Source of the DNA: Squalus acanthias
Lineage: Eukaryota
NCBI GenBank assembly: GCA_030390025.1
Contig: JASTWF010000098.1
Span: 620,001-684,000 of the forward strand
Reading direction: 5' to 3'
DNA: 64,000 bases
A program made the position numbers and the translations under genes. The notes under the pieces were generated by a model. That model was given only the letters and a program-made list of their open reading frames with translations. It had not been told where the DNA came from and did not search any database. Shown here piece by piece: positions 38,239 to 52,398 of the stretch; position 1 is the stretch's first letter, and each line of letters begins with the position of its first letter.

Positions 38239-38431
38239 TTTGGTGGGCGGTCTTCTGACGCTGAGCCCAGATTATTGCTTCGTGTTAGAGGATGAGGGCA
38301 GTGTATGCGGTTATGCCCTTGGGACTGTGGATGTGAAACCATTTTGTACAAAGTGTAAAGTCTCCTGGATACCTGCTATGCGGGAGAAGTATATTAAACC
38401 AGAGGCTAGTAAGGAACTTTCAGAAGAACAG
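38239..38431 (+). CDS. OGA: OGA exon 14, pseudo-HAT ([19 protein letters not shown]...KELSEEQ)
   Basis: tttgcag|TTTGG...CAG|gtactc. Confidence 0.96.
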
Positions 38432-39364
38432 GTACTCTCCCAGAATAACTGGATTCACTTTTACTGTAAATTCAATGAGTGGTTTTAACAGAACCTTAAG
38501 AGACCATTCTCTCTATTCTGGTACAAGAAAATACACTGGGTTTCTTGCATCTGTCTTCTCCAGATGTGTCTATCTGGTGACTTGCAAGAAGGAACTCGCC
38601 ATTTCTTTCTGATACTTGATGACCATCTGAGAGCCCCATGGGCCAATTCCCGGGGATCCATTGGGTGTCACAGTTGTGGAAGTAGGGAGCTGATTTGATG
38701 TCCAGCGATTGCCAGAGCTCTTGTCAAAAATAATCAAAACAAAATAGCTGTTTTCCTAAAACCCCAAGGTGTGTCTGCCTCAAGCTGTGGGCCTGTCACT
38801 GGGACCTTGCCAGGTGTAACCGCACTGACGTACAAACACACACTCTTAATGGTCTTAGATTTTTAATGGCATAGAACGTGCTCTGTACAACTCTTCGTGT
38901 GGCCCCCCGCCAACCTAATGGCTCACTCTTTGCCACCCCTCTCCAGCTTCGAAAGTCTCTTTGAACCTTTCTAACACCTGTCTTTTCTTTCTCCTCCCTC
39001 TGCAATCCTGATGTACCATCAACAAACCACAGAACTTCCTGTCAGACACTTTATCAAATGTCTTTCTTTGGTGCTGTTGCCTGTGGTCCATACTTTTTTT
39101 TTCTTTACTGTTTAATGGGCAAACCTAACTGCCTTTTTGCACACAGCAAGGTCCCACAAGCAGCAGTGAGATGACCACTTTTGGTGGCGATGGTTGTGGG
39201 AACAATGTTGACCAGAATATCGGGCGAGTGCCACTTCCTCATTGAGTAGTGCTATGGGATTTTTAATGTTAAACGGGCAGGTCCTTTAATGTCTTGCTGC
39301 ATCTAAGTGAACACTGCCAGTAATGAGTGTGCCTGTAAGTCACTTGTCTTCGGTTCCCATGTAG

Positions 39365-39524
39365 AAAATGATGCTAAGCTTCCATGAAGAGCAACAAGGC
39401 CTGCCGGAAAACTTCCTCGCCACCTTCCCCTCGCTAATTAAAGTGGAGGTGCACTCGAAAGTGACGGATCCTAGTGTTGCTAAAAGTATGATGGGCTGCT
39501 TGCTTTCATCCTTAAAAGCTAATG
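39365..39524 (+). CDS. OGA: OGA exon 15 ([10 protein letters not shown]...LLSSLKAN)
   Basis: catgtag|AAAATG...AATG|gtaagg. Confidence 0.96.
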
Positions 39525-42023
39525 GTAAGGGCCTTTTTTCCCCCTTCGCTCTCCAAATGTTTTGCCTCCTTATCTGAAGAGAAACCATGGTGATTACTGA
39601 TTATTGGGAGTAGGCGATACACTGGTTGAATCATGTGGAGTAAATCAAATGGTTACCCATCAAAATATTGATACTTCCCCCTTGCCTGAAACACGTGCAG
39701 ATAAATCGACTACCATCCAAACGGTTGAAATCACGGGACAAGGTCCCTTTAAGATGTGACGACCTCACAGTAATGTTACCAGGGCGAGGGGTTGCAGTCA
39801 TGAAGGGGAGATTTTTTTCTCCAGAGCTGGGAAGGTTGAAGTGAGCTTATAGAAGTCTTCAGGGTTATGATGAGGTAAGTAGTGACATTCTTTCCACTGG
39901 TTGGCAGAATGGTAGTGAGAACTTGTATAATTAAGATAATCACAAATGGAATCAAGGGGGGGGAGGTAAGAAAATACTTTCTGCAGAGAGGGTGGTTAAA
40001 ATATGGGATTCTCTTATCACAATCTGAATTTAAATATGTAAATATTTTTCAGGGAGTTGCTTGAACAATAGAAATATTGACGGGTTTGGTGAGCGAGCGG
40101 GATTAAACTGGGTGGGTCATGTGCAGGCTTGATGGGTGAAATGTCCTGTTTCGTTGCTATACACACGAGGAATCTAGCCATGTGACCTGTGTGATTGCAT
40201 GCTCTCTCTCTCTCTCCTCCAATATCAGGCAAAGGTTAAGCCCCTAGATTTGTCATATTTTATTGTGTTTACTTGTCTTTTGCAAGATTCTTTTAACCCA
40301 AGTTTCCCCAAGTGTGTTTTTGCCAGTTCCTTCCACGTTCTAGGTTTTGGTAACCTGTTTTCTTTTAGGAGTGTGGTGCCTCTTCTGCAATGAAACCTTT
40401 TGATCAGGGTGAATGCTGCTGAGTTGGGAGGTGCTCCTTAGCCAGATTACATCTGAAGTGCATGATGCACACTGATTCCCAATCAGAGAGCTGAGTATAG
40501 GGCATAGCCTTGGATCAGACCAAAGATTGTGCAGAGCCTGAACCCTCGGCAGATCTCTCGATAGCCTGCAGCTCCTTTCGAAGATCCTGGAGACTTGTGT
40601 ACCGTCCATTAGTGGTGCAGATACTGCCTTGGGGAGGGAATATTGTGTGGCAGTCTTGATACTTTTTCCAGTGAAGGAGTTTCCACTAAGGAGAGGTGGG
40701 TGACCATCTATGCTCCCTGTAAGTATTTACTGATACCCTGCCTGGTTATTGTGAAAATAAAAACAGTCTTAAAACAGACTATTGCCCTGTTTCGATGGCT
40801 GCCTGTGCATGTGGCAAGTGATTACAATTTGCACCGAAACTGGCACTTTTGTCATCACCTGGGATTTTTCATATAAAACTTTAGTACTGGGGGCAGTGAA
40901 TCACACCGCACATTGCGTGTAGAAATCTGTGTGATGTCCTTTTGCACAGAATCACCTGCTGTAGCTACAGGTAGTCGGAGAGCAAACTTTATACGAAGAA
41001 TGAAGAAATTAATTAAACTGCATAATCAAGGCTTCTGTTAAGTTAGCTGCTGTGTTACGCATGTACACTCTTGGTTCTGCTTCAAATCCCGTTGAATGCA
41101 TTCAGCGAAGAATAACGGACTGAGGTGCACACATTTACAGTTTGGTTTTGCAAGGTTTTTATTTAGTAACTGAGGCAGCGCTGATCTGGGATCTTTGTAG
41201 CTTCCTGCTCTTGGGGCCCCACTTCTAATTGGTGATTCTAACCGCTGGAAATAGTAAGCTTTTAGATAATTGTTTATATTTTGTTTCACATCTTGTCTGT
41301 TTTTAATTGTGCAGCATTCACATAAACATTGTGAATGGAAGTTCTGTACAGTGCCAAGCTTTTTTTTAACTTCACTGTCTTCAGGTGAATTACTTTGCAG
41401 ATTTAAACATCAGTGGGCCTTTCTGAGACACTGCTTTTGATTCTATCCTTTGTAATCCTAAGCCGCAGTCGTCTTCAGTGTTTGGCTCAAGGCCCATATT
41501 TCAGGAATGCTGGAATGTGCTCCTCCAGCAAGTGACGCACCTACGGTCTCCTCTCGCAATCTCTTGATTTCACCCAGGACTCCATGAACAAGTACGGATG
41601 CCCGGGCGCCTTCCCACACGATGTGTGGGGGAGGGATGGGGAAGAGAGAACTTGGTTCTATTCATGTTTTCTCTTTACTAGGGAGCAATAGAAAGGGAAT
41701 GTTACTGAATCCCAGGTTCAACATAACTGTCATTTATATAGCACCTTTAATGTAGTAAAATGTCCAAAGGTGCTTCACAGGAGCGATTATCAAACAAAGT
41801 TTGACACCGAGCCACATGAGATATTAGGACAGGTGACCAAAAGCTTGGTCAAGGAGTTAGGTTAGTCAATCAAGTCACGGATGGAGTCTCCTAAGACAGC
41901 AGATGAGGCAGATGGCCTGCGACAGATCCTGGGTATATTAGGAGTTCTTGTTCCTCTAGGTTGTTTGCAGTGGGTGTCCTGCGAGTCGAACTCTACTTAT
42001 TCCCATCTCTCTTTTTTGTTTAG

Positions 42024-42160
42024 GATCCCGAGGAGCATTCTGTGAAGTAAAACCCAATGACCGACGAGGTCTAGAATTCTACAGCAAGCTAGGCTTCTTA
42101 GAGTTGGCCAAAATGGAAGGATTCCCGAAAGAGATGTTGGTGCTGGGAAGGAACTTGTAA
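42024..42160 (+). CDS. OGA: OGA exon 16, last coding exon ([25 protein letters not shown]...LGRNL*)
   Basis: gtttag|GATCCC...TTGTAA; matches the OGA C-terminus. Confidence 0.97.
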
Positions 42161-45100
42161 CCGGCGCCCTGTGCAACGTAGTGTAATTAAAGGATGTGTA
42201 TAATTAAATGTATCTAAATTTAGCCTTAAGCTGAATAACCTGTGTTTAATAATGTTTTATATTTTCTTTTTTTTTTAATTTGCAATACACAATAAGGTGA
42301 ACTCGATCCAGATGGCACTTTGTGAGATGGGTGGACCTCCACTGATGCAGTAACAAAGCATTATCTTTTCCCCACTTTTTTTTACCCTTCTCTTTCCTTC
42401 TGTTCTTCCTTCCTCACCTTCCCCCTATTAGATGAGAGGCTGGCAAAGTGATGACTAGTTTCTCTCACTTCTGATGCCAGTCCCCAACTGATGGTGTGTG
42501 CTTGCTGTGCAGCCAGTTAAACTAACCATTTCTCTGTCATAATGTGGCTCTGCTTATAATTGACCATCTGCGGAGGAATAATTGGAGTCCTTGGTTTGTG
42601 GTGACTGAGCCCAGTTCAGTTTCATTGGATGGGATTTTGAGACTTCAACTTGTGTTTTGGAGTTTGCTTTTTGCAATTCCTGTGTTTTTCTGTGAAAATT
42701 AATGGCCTTTTGGGCTGTAAGTTGATAAAAGGCATTTTATATGTAGCAATTCTCATAATTTCGGTCTGAACGGTTAAATAGAATTGTTTCTGGATAAAGG
42801 AACAAACTGTAAATGTTGGAAATGGGAAATCAGAGCAGCAGTGCTGGGCAAACACAGCCGGTCCATCAGCATCTGTAAGGAGGAAAGGCAGGCTAATGCT
42901 TTGGGTGCATACCCTTATCACAACCTGATTGAGCTTGTAGATCCAAACCATTGCGTGTGGTGGGAGAGCTCCTTGTGTTTATAAAGACCACCTGAAGTCG
43001 GACTCTGAAGTGGTCCTGCACTGGGTTTCAACAACAACAACTTGCATTTATATTGCACCTTTAACGGAATAAAACATCCCAAGGTACTTGTTAGCAGCAG
43101 TCCCATAAATGACTTCCCCTCCTGTCCTAGTAGTGTTGATGATTTTGTAAATTAGGGATTTGTGTGTGTGCTAGCCCCTCTCCTTCCCCCCCCCCCCCAA
43201 TCCCCTGTAAATATCAATACCCTCCTGGGACCTCGTGTCCTAACTTCCATAAGTCATTGTTTGCTGTGCAAAGGAGAAACCATTGCACAAGTTGGTATAG
43301 AGGAACAGAAATGATGTGCACTCTGCAGTCTCTTGTATCATGGCCTGCTTTGGTGTATGGGACCAGCAATCATTTACACTGTGACCCATTTTGTTACAGT
43401 TACAAGTACCTGAGATTTCTGGTGTCACCTTGTGTCCTTTTACTGCGTGCTACATCTCTTGGCTCTTCGGGCTGTGGATGCACACTAGCCAAGGTGTGTC
43501 TCTGTCCTGGCCAACTGATGGGAGCAATCTGACCTCCCATTCAGTCGCCAAGACACGAGTGCCAGTGAGGTCACATAATGGTCTGCTCATTCACCTGGTC
43601 GAGTAACCCTACCTTTTAGATTAGTTCGAACCACTTCCAGGAATGTATTCAACATTCTGTAACAAAACCATGATTATAGTCTGTTGCATTGTCACTTTCC
43701 AGCCATATGCTCTCTCGTTCTAAGAACCGCTCGATCTACTAAATGGAGCCTGTCTTAAATTGTTCAACTTTTGCTTTTATGCTTGAGGCATTAAGTCAGA
43801 GGCAGCAATAATGGCATGTTTTACATATTCAGTCCAACGTCCGGTCATGCTGCCCATAGCATTGACACGGAATAATCAGTGAACACCTCCCTGTGAGAAG
43901 CTGGAAAGGGGCAAGATCTGGAGTCCGCAGCATCCCATAACTTAAAGTGCTCACGTCTGTGAATCTAGAGGTTAAGATTTCACCCTCTGCAGTCACCCCC
44001 TGGCTGGCTTCAGGCAGTCGGGGTGGGTGGGGGGAGAGAAGGGACTGGCGACTGAGCAGCTACTTTATCCCGATTTATAGTTTGTAGTGCTGGGAGTCGA
44101 TGAATTTGCTTTTCTACCTGCACTGTACAGACAGCAGCGTTCCTGCAACCAGTGTCCGTTGTAGCAATATGGTCTCTGGGATAACTTATTTTCTTTAGTT
44201 TCTCGTTCAATCGTCTCACTCGCTTGCTTCCTGAATCTCGTACCGAGTGAGAATTAGCCGTACCCCGCATTAAATTCCATCCACTCTTGCCCGTTAATTT
44301 TTTTGAATCCACTTACTATTCTGCATCTGCAGGCACTGTACAAATCTCGCCTTTACTCCTTGTCTGCTCTCCAAGTGGTTTCATCAAACTGATGGGCAAT
44401 ACACTAGAGCGGGGATGAATTTTTCACATCTCTTTCTACCCAAACCCAAACAATCTCTAAAAACTACTCTTCACAGTGTAATATATCAGTTCAACAACAA
44501 CGTGTATTTATATAGTGCCTTTAACCTAGTAAGACATCCCAAGGCGTGTTATAAGACCAAAAGAAACCTCACCTCCAGTCAGACATAGAGGTTGTCTCAA
44601 TTGAGTAATGGGAACAGGTTGAATGGAAGTTTTAAAATTGGACAGAAGTAGAGTTACCAGTAATTGAATGAATGCGGGAAGATGATGGATAACAAAATTA
44701 TCCAGATATCATGACCCCGGATAGATAGAATCTGATCTTACAGAATCCTTGGGATCCATAGACCAATCCTGTTTGAAAATCCATGCTATAAATAAACAGT
44801 TTAGTACCTTTTTCTTTATCTCCCACTCTGCCTTGTCAGCACCCCACCCTGTCCCACATCTGAGAAATGCAAAGATACAGCATATCTTTATTTTAACTGG
44901 TGTTTCCTTGCTGTGCGTGCTTCAGAACTGCTGCTCTTCGCCTGCTTTCTTTGGTCGTCTAGTGTTTGGTTTCTGGCACCTGTGCAGATAACATCGGTGG
45001 GGGGGTCGGAGAAATGTGGGCTGTGCTGAGGTATCGCTGCTCACAGGAAGTCTCTGGGACTGCAGTTTCATAGCTTAAGCTACAGGAACTGAAAGCATCA

Positions 45101-47539
45101 CCAAAACACCAGAAAATGCACCAATCTCATGTGGAGATTCTAACGAGCCATTTTCTTTTGAAGGGGGTGGTGGATGAGAACGGGAAACAGACAGTCAATG
45201 CTGAAAATCTAAAATAGAGAGAAACACATAGCAGATTGAATAAAGGTGCCCGTCTGCAATACTAATCGTTCTCTTTCAAACACCAACCTGCTGTGTATTC
45301 TAGCACTTGGAATTTTTGCCCCATCAGGTAAAATGAGAACAGCACCTTGTTTAATATTTCCCTCACTTAAGGTGAACTCGTCAACTCTGCCCCTCAAGGA
45401 GCCAGATTCCCATTGGACTGCAATCCACCTACATTCAGCAGCCACCTGCTCATGTGCCTCGACTTAATTCAAAAATAGGGAGGAGGGTGGAGTGAGGAAG
45501 TGTGTAGGGGAGTGGTTTGGGTACATAACTAGAACCCGAATTGGAGAGTGACCTTTCAGCCAGTACTAAATTGGTTTACAGCTGCCATTTGGATTTTGAG
45601 TTGCGAAGGCTCTTGGTTTTCAGTGTTTTGTAGTCTGGTGCAGTCTGGTTTTAGTGTGTTGAAGTGCTTGATGCAGGTTTCAGTGGCTCCCCCTCCTCCA
45701 GGGACAAAACTCATTTGGTATTTTATCACCAGGATTTCAGTGAAGTGTAGTGAGTGTGAGGTTTTCACACTCTGTGCGTTGGGCACCCAGAGGTACAGTG
45801 GCAGATTCTATCCTCCCGAACCTGGGTTGTGGCTGGTGAGCTGTACATCCACAGGATGAAGAACTAGTGGCTACAGTTCCGCAGAATCACATTGGGGTGC
45901 TGCATTGCCTATTGCACACGAAAGCATATTGCATCTGATCATTACTGTGATATATCGACACCAAACACAGCAGGTGACAACACTTCATTCGTTTCCGTAT
46001 CTTGGTGGGAATTTAGCCGCGTTCTCCTTTACCTTCTGCAACCCATTTTGACCAAGCACAAACATACTGCTAGCTCTTGCATCTGTCGGCTGTAGCTATG
46101 AATGGGTGCCCCCTCCCCAAAACTCCTGACATGCATCAGTGGAGAGCAAGCCCAGACAAGGAGAAAACTGTACATATAAATCTTTTTAAAAGATCATCTT
46201 TTTGTGTGTGTCTCTTTGTTCGGGTGCAGGATCGAAGGGTTTGTTTGCACAGCATTCACTGTCCCAGTATTGTTACACCAGTAACTAAACATACGCTGCT
46301 GGTCGTTTTTTTTCTGGATCGTGTCCTGATAACCATAAATCCAACAGTTGTGCTGATTTGTTAATGTGAACAAACTAAAGCAGTCCTGGTGGAAGCCAGG
46401 GATCCTGGAGGAAAATGTTCACTGAAGCATAAACTAAGTAAATGTGAAGACTTGTAGCAGTCATGTTTTCACAATCAATGCTGAACCTATTCTAATTTCC
46501 GTGGCTATCTAAATGACCCGCTTCATTACTACTTTTGGGGATATTATGAGTGCAAAGCTCGGCTCCCTCGCACACATTGATGTGGCTTGGCATCATTGAT
46601 TGTCAGGCAGCTCTTTCTCCCCTGCTCCCACAGATCTGGTGGTTGTCTTCGGCTGTGTGAGCTGAATTTGTCACTGCAGGTGGTATTGCTGCCATTTTGG
46701 ACTGGCTCGGTTTCAAGTCAGTAGCAAAGTATTTCCTCCTTCACTGGCTTAGTCACAGGTCTCATTATTGAAACCATTCCCGAGCAAAACCTCAAAAATT
46801 ACCCGAGTACGCTTACTTTTGTGGCCAGAGGTACATCTATTGAGCGAGGCAGTGACCATGGGGCGTCCGGCACTACTTATACTGTATAATCACACCTAGT
46901 CCTTGGGGCTGTGCATGCACACCAGGCAGAGTGAGTATCCTGCTGGCTGAAATGGGAGTAATCTGACTGACTCACTAGGTTACAGAATAGTCTAATTGCT
47001 TATCTGATTCAGAGTTTCCTGGTTTTTCTCTCTCTTTAATGTGACTCGATATTTTGAAGCTATGATGCAATTGATGGGCCAATCCTGTGGCTACAGAAAG
47101 GGGGAAAGAGCATCCAAACCTTTCTTGTTACTGTCTAAAGGAAACATGTTTCCTAACCAGGTTGTTTGTCTGAGACATGACTTGTTATGTTGCTGGTGGC
47201 CACCAGAGGGTGGCACAGGCCTACTTTTCTCTGGCCAATGACAAAGGAAGTGCTGATAGTTTGATCAGTTTAATGTAAAAAGAAAACATCCTTGTTTGCA
47301 AAAGGTCAGTATTATGAACTCCAGGGATAGGGATCAAAGGCAATAAACGAGCAGGAGAGTGGCAGAAATCGAATAGCTCTTTCAAAGAGCTGACACACAC
47401 GATGGGCCGAACGGCCTCCTTCTGTGCTGTGATTCTATGAAATAGATTTAAGATACGGATCAGCCAGAGGATGACCTTGAGACCAGTACCCAACAGAAAC
47501 TATCAATCTCAGTATTGAAAGCTCTAACTCCCTCAGGAC

Positions 47540-50500
47540 TGTGGGTATGCTAGCATAGTGGTTATGTTACTGGACTAGTAATCCAGAGGCCTGGACTAGT
47601 GGGGGGGGAGGTTCCAAGAGAGCAAATAATAAAAATGACAACAGAGAAGGTCATAGACTTAGGTAGCAGTGGGGAAATTAAAAACCAGAGTGTCAAGAAG
47701 GGGCAGAAGGTATGGAGTAATAGGTAAAGTAATAAAACGGGCAAAAGCAGGAACTAAGTGTCACAAAACATATTTGAAAGTTCTCTATCTGAATGCACGT
47801 AGCATTCGTAACAAAATAGACTAGTTAATGGCACAAATAACTACATATGGGTATGATCTTGTGGCCATTACAGAAACATGGCTGCAGGGTGACAATGCCT
47901 GGGAATTAAACATACCAGGTTATTTAACGATCAGGGAGGTGGGGTGGCTATGTTAATAAAGGAAGGAATCACTGTAATACAGAGAAATGATATTGGGTCA
48001 AAAGATCAGGATAATGAAACAGTTTGGGTGGAGATAAGGAATAATAAGGGGAAAAAACACTAGTGGGCGTAGTCTATAGGCCTCTGAACAGTTGCAACTC
48101 TGTTGGACAGAGTATCAATCAGGAAATAGTTGAGGCTTGTAATAAGGGAACATCTATAATTATGGGGGATTTTAACTATATTAATTGGACAAATCAAATT
48201 GGGCAGGGCTGCCTTGAGGATGAGTTCATTGAGTGTATTAGGGAGGGTTTCTTGAGCAGTATGTAACTGAACCGACCAGGGGGCAAGCAACCTTAGATCT
48301 GGTCCTGTGTAACGAGACAGGATTAATTAAAAATGTCCTAGTAAAGGATCCCCTTGGAATGAGTGACCATAACATGGTTGAATTCCATATTCAATTAGAG
48401 GGTGAGAAGGTTGGATCTCAAACAAGCGTGCTAAGCTTGAATAAAGGAGACTATGAAGGTATGCGAGCGGAATTGAGTAGAGTGGATTGGGAAAATAGAT
48501 TAAAGGGTATGACGATACATGATCAGTGGTGTACATTTAAGGAGTTATTTTACAACTTCCAAAAAATATATATTCCACTGAGAAGAAAAGGGTGTAAAAG
48601 AAAAGACAGTCATCCGTGGCTAAGTAAAGAAATTAAGGATAGTATTCGACTAAAAATAAGAGCTTATAAGGTAGCCAAATCTAGTGGGAGGATAGAGGAT
48701 TGGGAAAACTTTAAAAGACAGCAAAAAATAACAAAAAGATTGATTAAGAAAGGGAAGATAGATTATGAAAGTAAATTAGCAAAAAATATAAAAACAGATA
48801 GTAAGAGTTTTTATAGTTCTATAAAAAGAAAAAGGGTGGCTAAAGTAAATGTTGGTCCCTTAGAGGATGAGACCAGGAAATTAATGGTGGGAAATATGGA
48901 GATGGCAAATACACAATGAATAGTTTGTATCAGTCTTTACAGTAGAGGACACTAAGAATATCCCAACACTGGACAAACAGGGGGCTATAGGGGGGGAGGA
49001 GCTAAACACGATCAAAATCACTAAGGAAGTGGTACTCGGTAAAATAATGGGACTCAAGGCGGATAAATCACCTGGACCTGATGGCTTACATCCTAGGGTC
49101 TTGAGGGAAGTGGCGGTAGGGATTGTGGATGCATTGGTAATAATTTTCCAAAACTCCCTGGACTCAGCAAAGATCCTGGCAGACTGGAAAACTGCTAATG
49201 TAACACCCTTATTTAAAAAGGGCAGTAGACAGAAGGCTGGAAATTATAGACCGGTTAGCCTAACATCTGTGGTAGGTAAAATTTTGGAGTCCATTATTAA
49301 GGAGACAGTAACGGGACATTTGGATAATCATAATTTAATAGGACAAAGTCAGCATGGTTTTATGAAGGGGAAGTCATGTTTGACAAATTTGCTGGAGTTC
49401 TTTGAGGAAGTAACATACAGGGTGGATAAAGGGGAACCAGTGGATGTGTATTTTGACTTCCAAAAGGCATTTGACAAAGTGCCACACAAAAGATTATTGC
49501 TTAAGATAAAAAATCACGGGGTAATATTCTGGCATGGATGGAGGATTGGCTATCTAACAGAAGGCAGAGTTGGGATAAATGGTTCATTCTCAGACTGGCA
49601 ATCAGTAACTAGTGGTGTTCCGCAGGGGTCAGTGCTGGGTCCCCAACTCTTTACAATCTATATTAACGATTTGTAGGAGGGGACCGAGTGTAACATATCA
49701 AAGTTTGCAGATGATACTAAGATGGGAGGGAAAGTAGTGAGTGAGGAGGACATAAAAAATCTGCAAGGGGACATAGACAGGCTAAGTAAGTGGGCAGAGA
49801 TTTGGCAGATGGAATACAATACTGGGAAGTGTGAGGTTATGCACTTTGGCAGGAAAAATAGTAGAGCAAGTTATTATCTAAATGGCAAGAAACTGGAAAG
49901 TACTGAAGTACAAAGGGATCTGGGGGTCCTGGTGCACGAAACTCAAAAGGTTAGTATGCAGGTGCAGCAAGTGATTAAGAAGGCCAATGGAATGTTGGCT
50001 TTCATTGCTACGGGGATAGAATATAAAAATAGGGAGGTATTGCTTCAGTTGTACAAGGTATTGGTGAGACCGCACCTGGAATACTGCATACAGTTTTGGT
50101 GTCCATACTTAAGAAAAGACATACTTGCTCTCGAGTCAGTACAAAGAAGCTTCACTCGGTTAATCCCGGGGATGAGGGGATGGACATATGAGGAGAGGTT
50201 GGGTAGATTGGGACTCTACTCATTGGAGTTCAGAAGAATGAGAGGCGATCTTATTGAAACATATAAGATTGTGAAGGGGTTGGATCGGGTGGATGCGGGG
50301 AGGATGTTCCCGATGATGGGTGAAACTAGAACTAGGGGGCATAGTCTTAGAATAAGGGGCTGCTCTTTCAAAACTGAGATGAGAAGGAACTACTTCACTC
50401 AGAGGGTGGTAGGTCTATGGAATATGCTGCCCCAAAAAGCTGTAGAAGCTACATCATTACATAAATTTAAAACAGAAATAGACAAAAAGGGATTTAAGGG

Positions 50501-51136
50501 TTACGGGGAGCGGGCAGGAATTTGGACATGAGTCTAGGTTCGGATCGGTCATGGCCCTGTAGGGTAGCGCAGCGGGCCCAGGGGCCGTGTAGCCTGATCC
50601 TGCTCCTATTTCGTGTCCAATTCTGTTAGGTTCAGGAGATGGTTCTGTGATAGTAGATTGGCGGTTAGGATCAGATCAGCCATGATCTTATTGAATGGCG
50701 GAGCAGGCTCGAGGGGCCGATTGGCCGACTCCTGCTCCTATTTCTTATGTTCTTATGATCCGGAGACATGAGTTCAAATCCCACCACAGCAACTGGGGAA
50801 TTTAAATTCAGTTAATTAAATAAATCTGGAATAAAAAGCTAGTATCAGTAATTACAACTAGTGGATTGTTGTAAAAACCCATCTGGTTCACTAATGTCCT
50901 TTAGGGAAGGAAATCTGCCGTCCTTACCTGGTCTGGCCGATATGTGACACCAGACCCACTGCAATGTGGTTGACTCTTAACTGCCCTCTGAAATGTCCCA
51001 GCAAGACACTCCATTGTACCAAACCGCTACAAAGAACAGTGGTTCAAGACCACCACCTTCTCAAGGGTAATTAGGGATGGGGAATAAATGCTGGCCTTGC
51101 CAGTGACGCCCACATCCTGAGAATGAATAAAAAAAT
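47540..51136 (+). mobile_element. tRNA-derived SINE with L2-type tail, split by a CR1 insertion
   Basis: A box tagcatagtgg at ~47551; B box gagttcaaatcc at ~50770; body to aataaatgctggccttgccagtgacgcccacatc...aataaaaaa. Confidence 0.75.
47600..50757 (+). mobile_element. CR1 LINE with near-complete but frameshifted ORF2 (APE and RT)
   Basis: YLNARSIRNK, ITETW, GVVYRP, MGDFN, SDH, PGPDG, NYRPVSLTS, GVPQGSVLGP, FADD; tail ttcttatgttcttatg. Confidence 0.96.
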
Positions 51137-52132
51137 AGGAAACCGCCTTTTGCTGAGTTCCAGATTTCCACTAGCCTGTGTGGAAAAAGTTCTAATACGA
51201 TAGCAAAATACTGCGAAAAAGTTCTTCCTGATTTCACTCCTGAAGGGCTGAGCTCTAATTTTAAGATTATGCCTCATTTTAATTACCCCATCAGAGGAAT
51301 TTGTTTTTCTGTAACTACCCTGTCAAATTCTTTCAACATTTTAAACACCTCAATCTTCTATACTCAAGGCAATACAGGGATTGAACCTGAAGTGGACGGC
51401 TTGTGAGCTGCTGCAGCACCTGCTCCACTCCCCTCACACAACAGACTCCATGAAACCAGGCGCTGACGCGATGCTCTCTGACTCACCACTCACAACGGAA
51501 AGATCTGGCTGCTATGCAGTTATTGATCAGAAACCGCTCCTTCAGTTCCGGCTTTACTTCCTCTGAACTGAGGGTTACCAAATCCTTGTCCCATCCCACA
51601 CCCCAGTGTCGTGCAGGCAGGCAGCAGTGCCTCTGCCGCCTTCGGCCCGTGGTTCCTTTGGTTTCTGATTCTCACCTGAGTGCGAATTACGTCCACAAAC
51701 CCATCAGGAATGTCCCAACACCAGGCAGAAGAAAAATGAGCGCCTCGTGATGCCATGAGAGGATATTGTTGCACTCGTTCATTAACCAATGGATAATATC
51801 ACTGGCCTCGTAATATTTGCACCCCCTCTAAGGTGGGTCCCTCAGCTTCAATGTGATCGCAGACTGATGGTGGGGGGCAGTTTATGTATTTAACCCTGGG
51901 GGGGGTGGGGGGAGAGTGGGTACGGTGGTGTACCGGCTATGTAACTGGACATAATCCAGAAAACGCAAGTTCAAATCCCACCATAGAGAATTTGAATTCA
52001 GCTTAAAACAAATCAAGTGACCGTGAAGCTGTCGAATTGTCATAAAAACCCAACTGGTTCACTAACGTCCTTTAGGGAAGGAAACCTGCCGCCCTTACCC
52101 AGTCTGGCCGATATGATGGAGGAATGGAGATT

Positions 52133-52398
52133 CAGTCTGTGTCTGGGAGCCTGGACCCGCTCAGGCTGGGTCAGTCTGTCTGGGAGCCTGGACCCGCTCA
52201 GGCTGGGTCAGTCTGTCTGGGAGCCTGGACCCGCTCAGCCTGGGTCAGTCTGTCTGGGAGCCTGGACCCGCTCAGCCTGGGTCAGTCTGTCTGGGAGCCT
52301 GGACCCGCTCAGCCTGGGTCAGTCTGTCTGGGAGCCTGGACCCGCTCAGCCTGGGTCAGTCTGTCTGGGAGCCTGGACCCGCTCAGCCTGGGTCAGTC
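52133..52398. repeat. 37-bp minisatellite, about 7 copies
   Basis: Unit cagtctgtctgggagcctggacccgctcagcctgggt. Confidence 0.95.

Larger units (their letters stand above)
4572..42160 (+). other. OGA: O-GlcNAcase gene (GH84 catalytic domain, stalk, pseudo-HAT), exons 2-16, 5'-partial
   Basis: 15 GT-AG exons total 2558 nt and splice into one frame ending GRNL-TAA; peptides match vertebrate OGA/MGEA5 throughout. Confidence 0.98.

Noticed and set aside
47600-50757. Potentially active CR1
   Set aside because: ORF2 is broken by several frameshifts and stops, and ORF1 is missing
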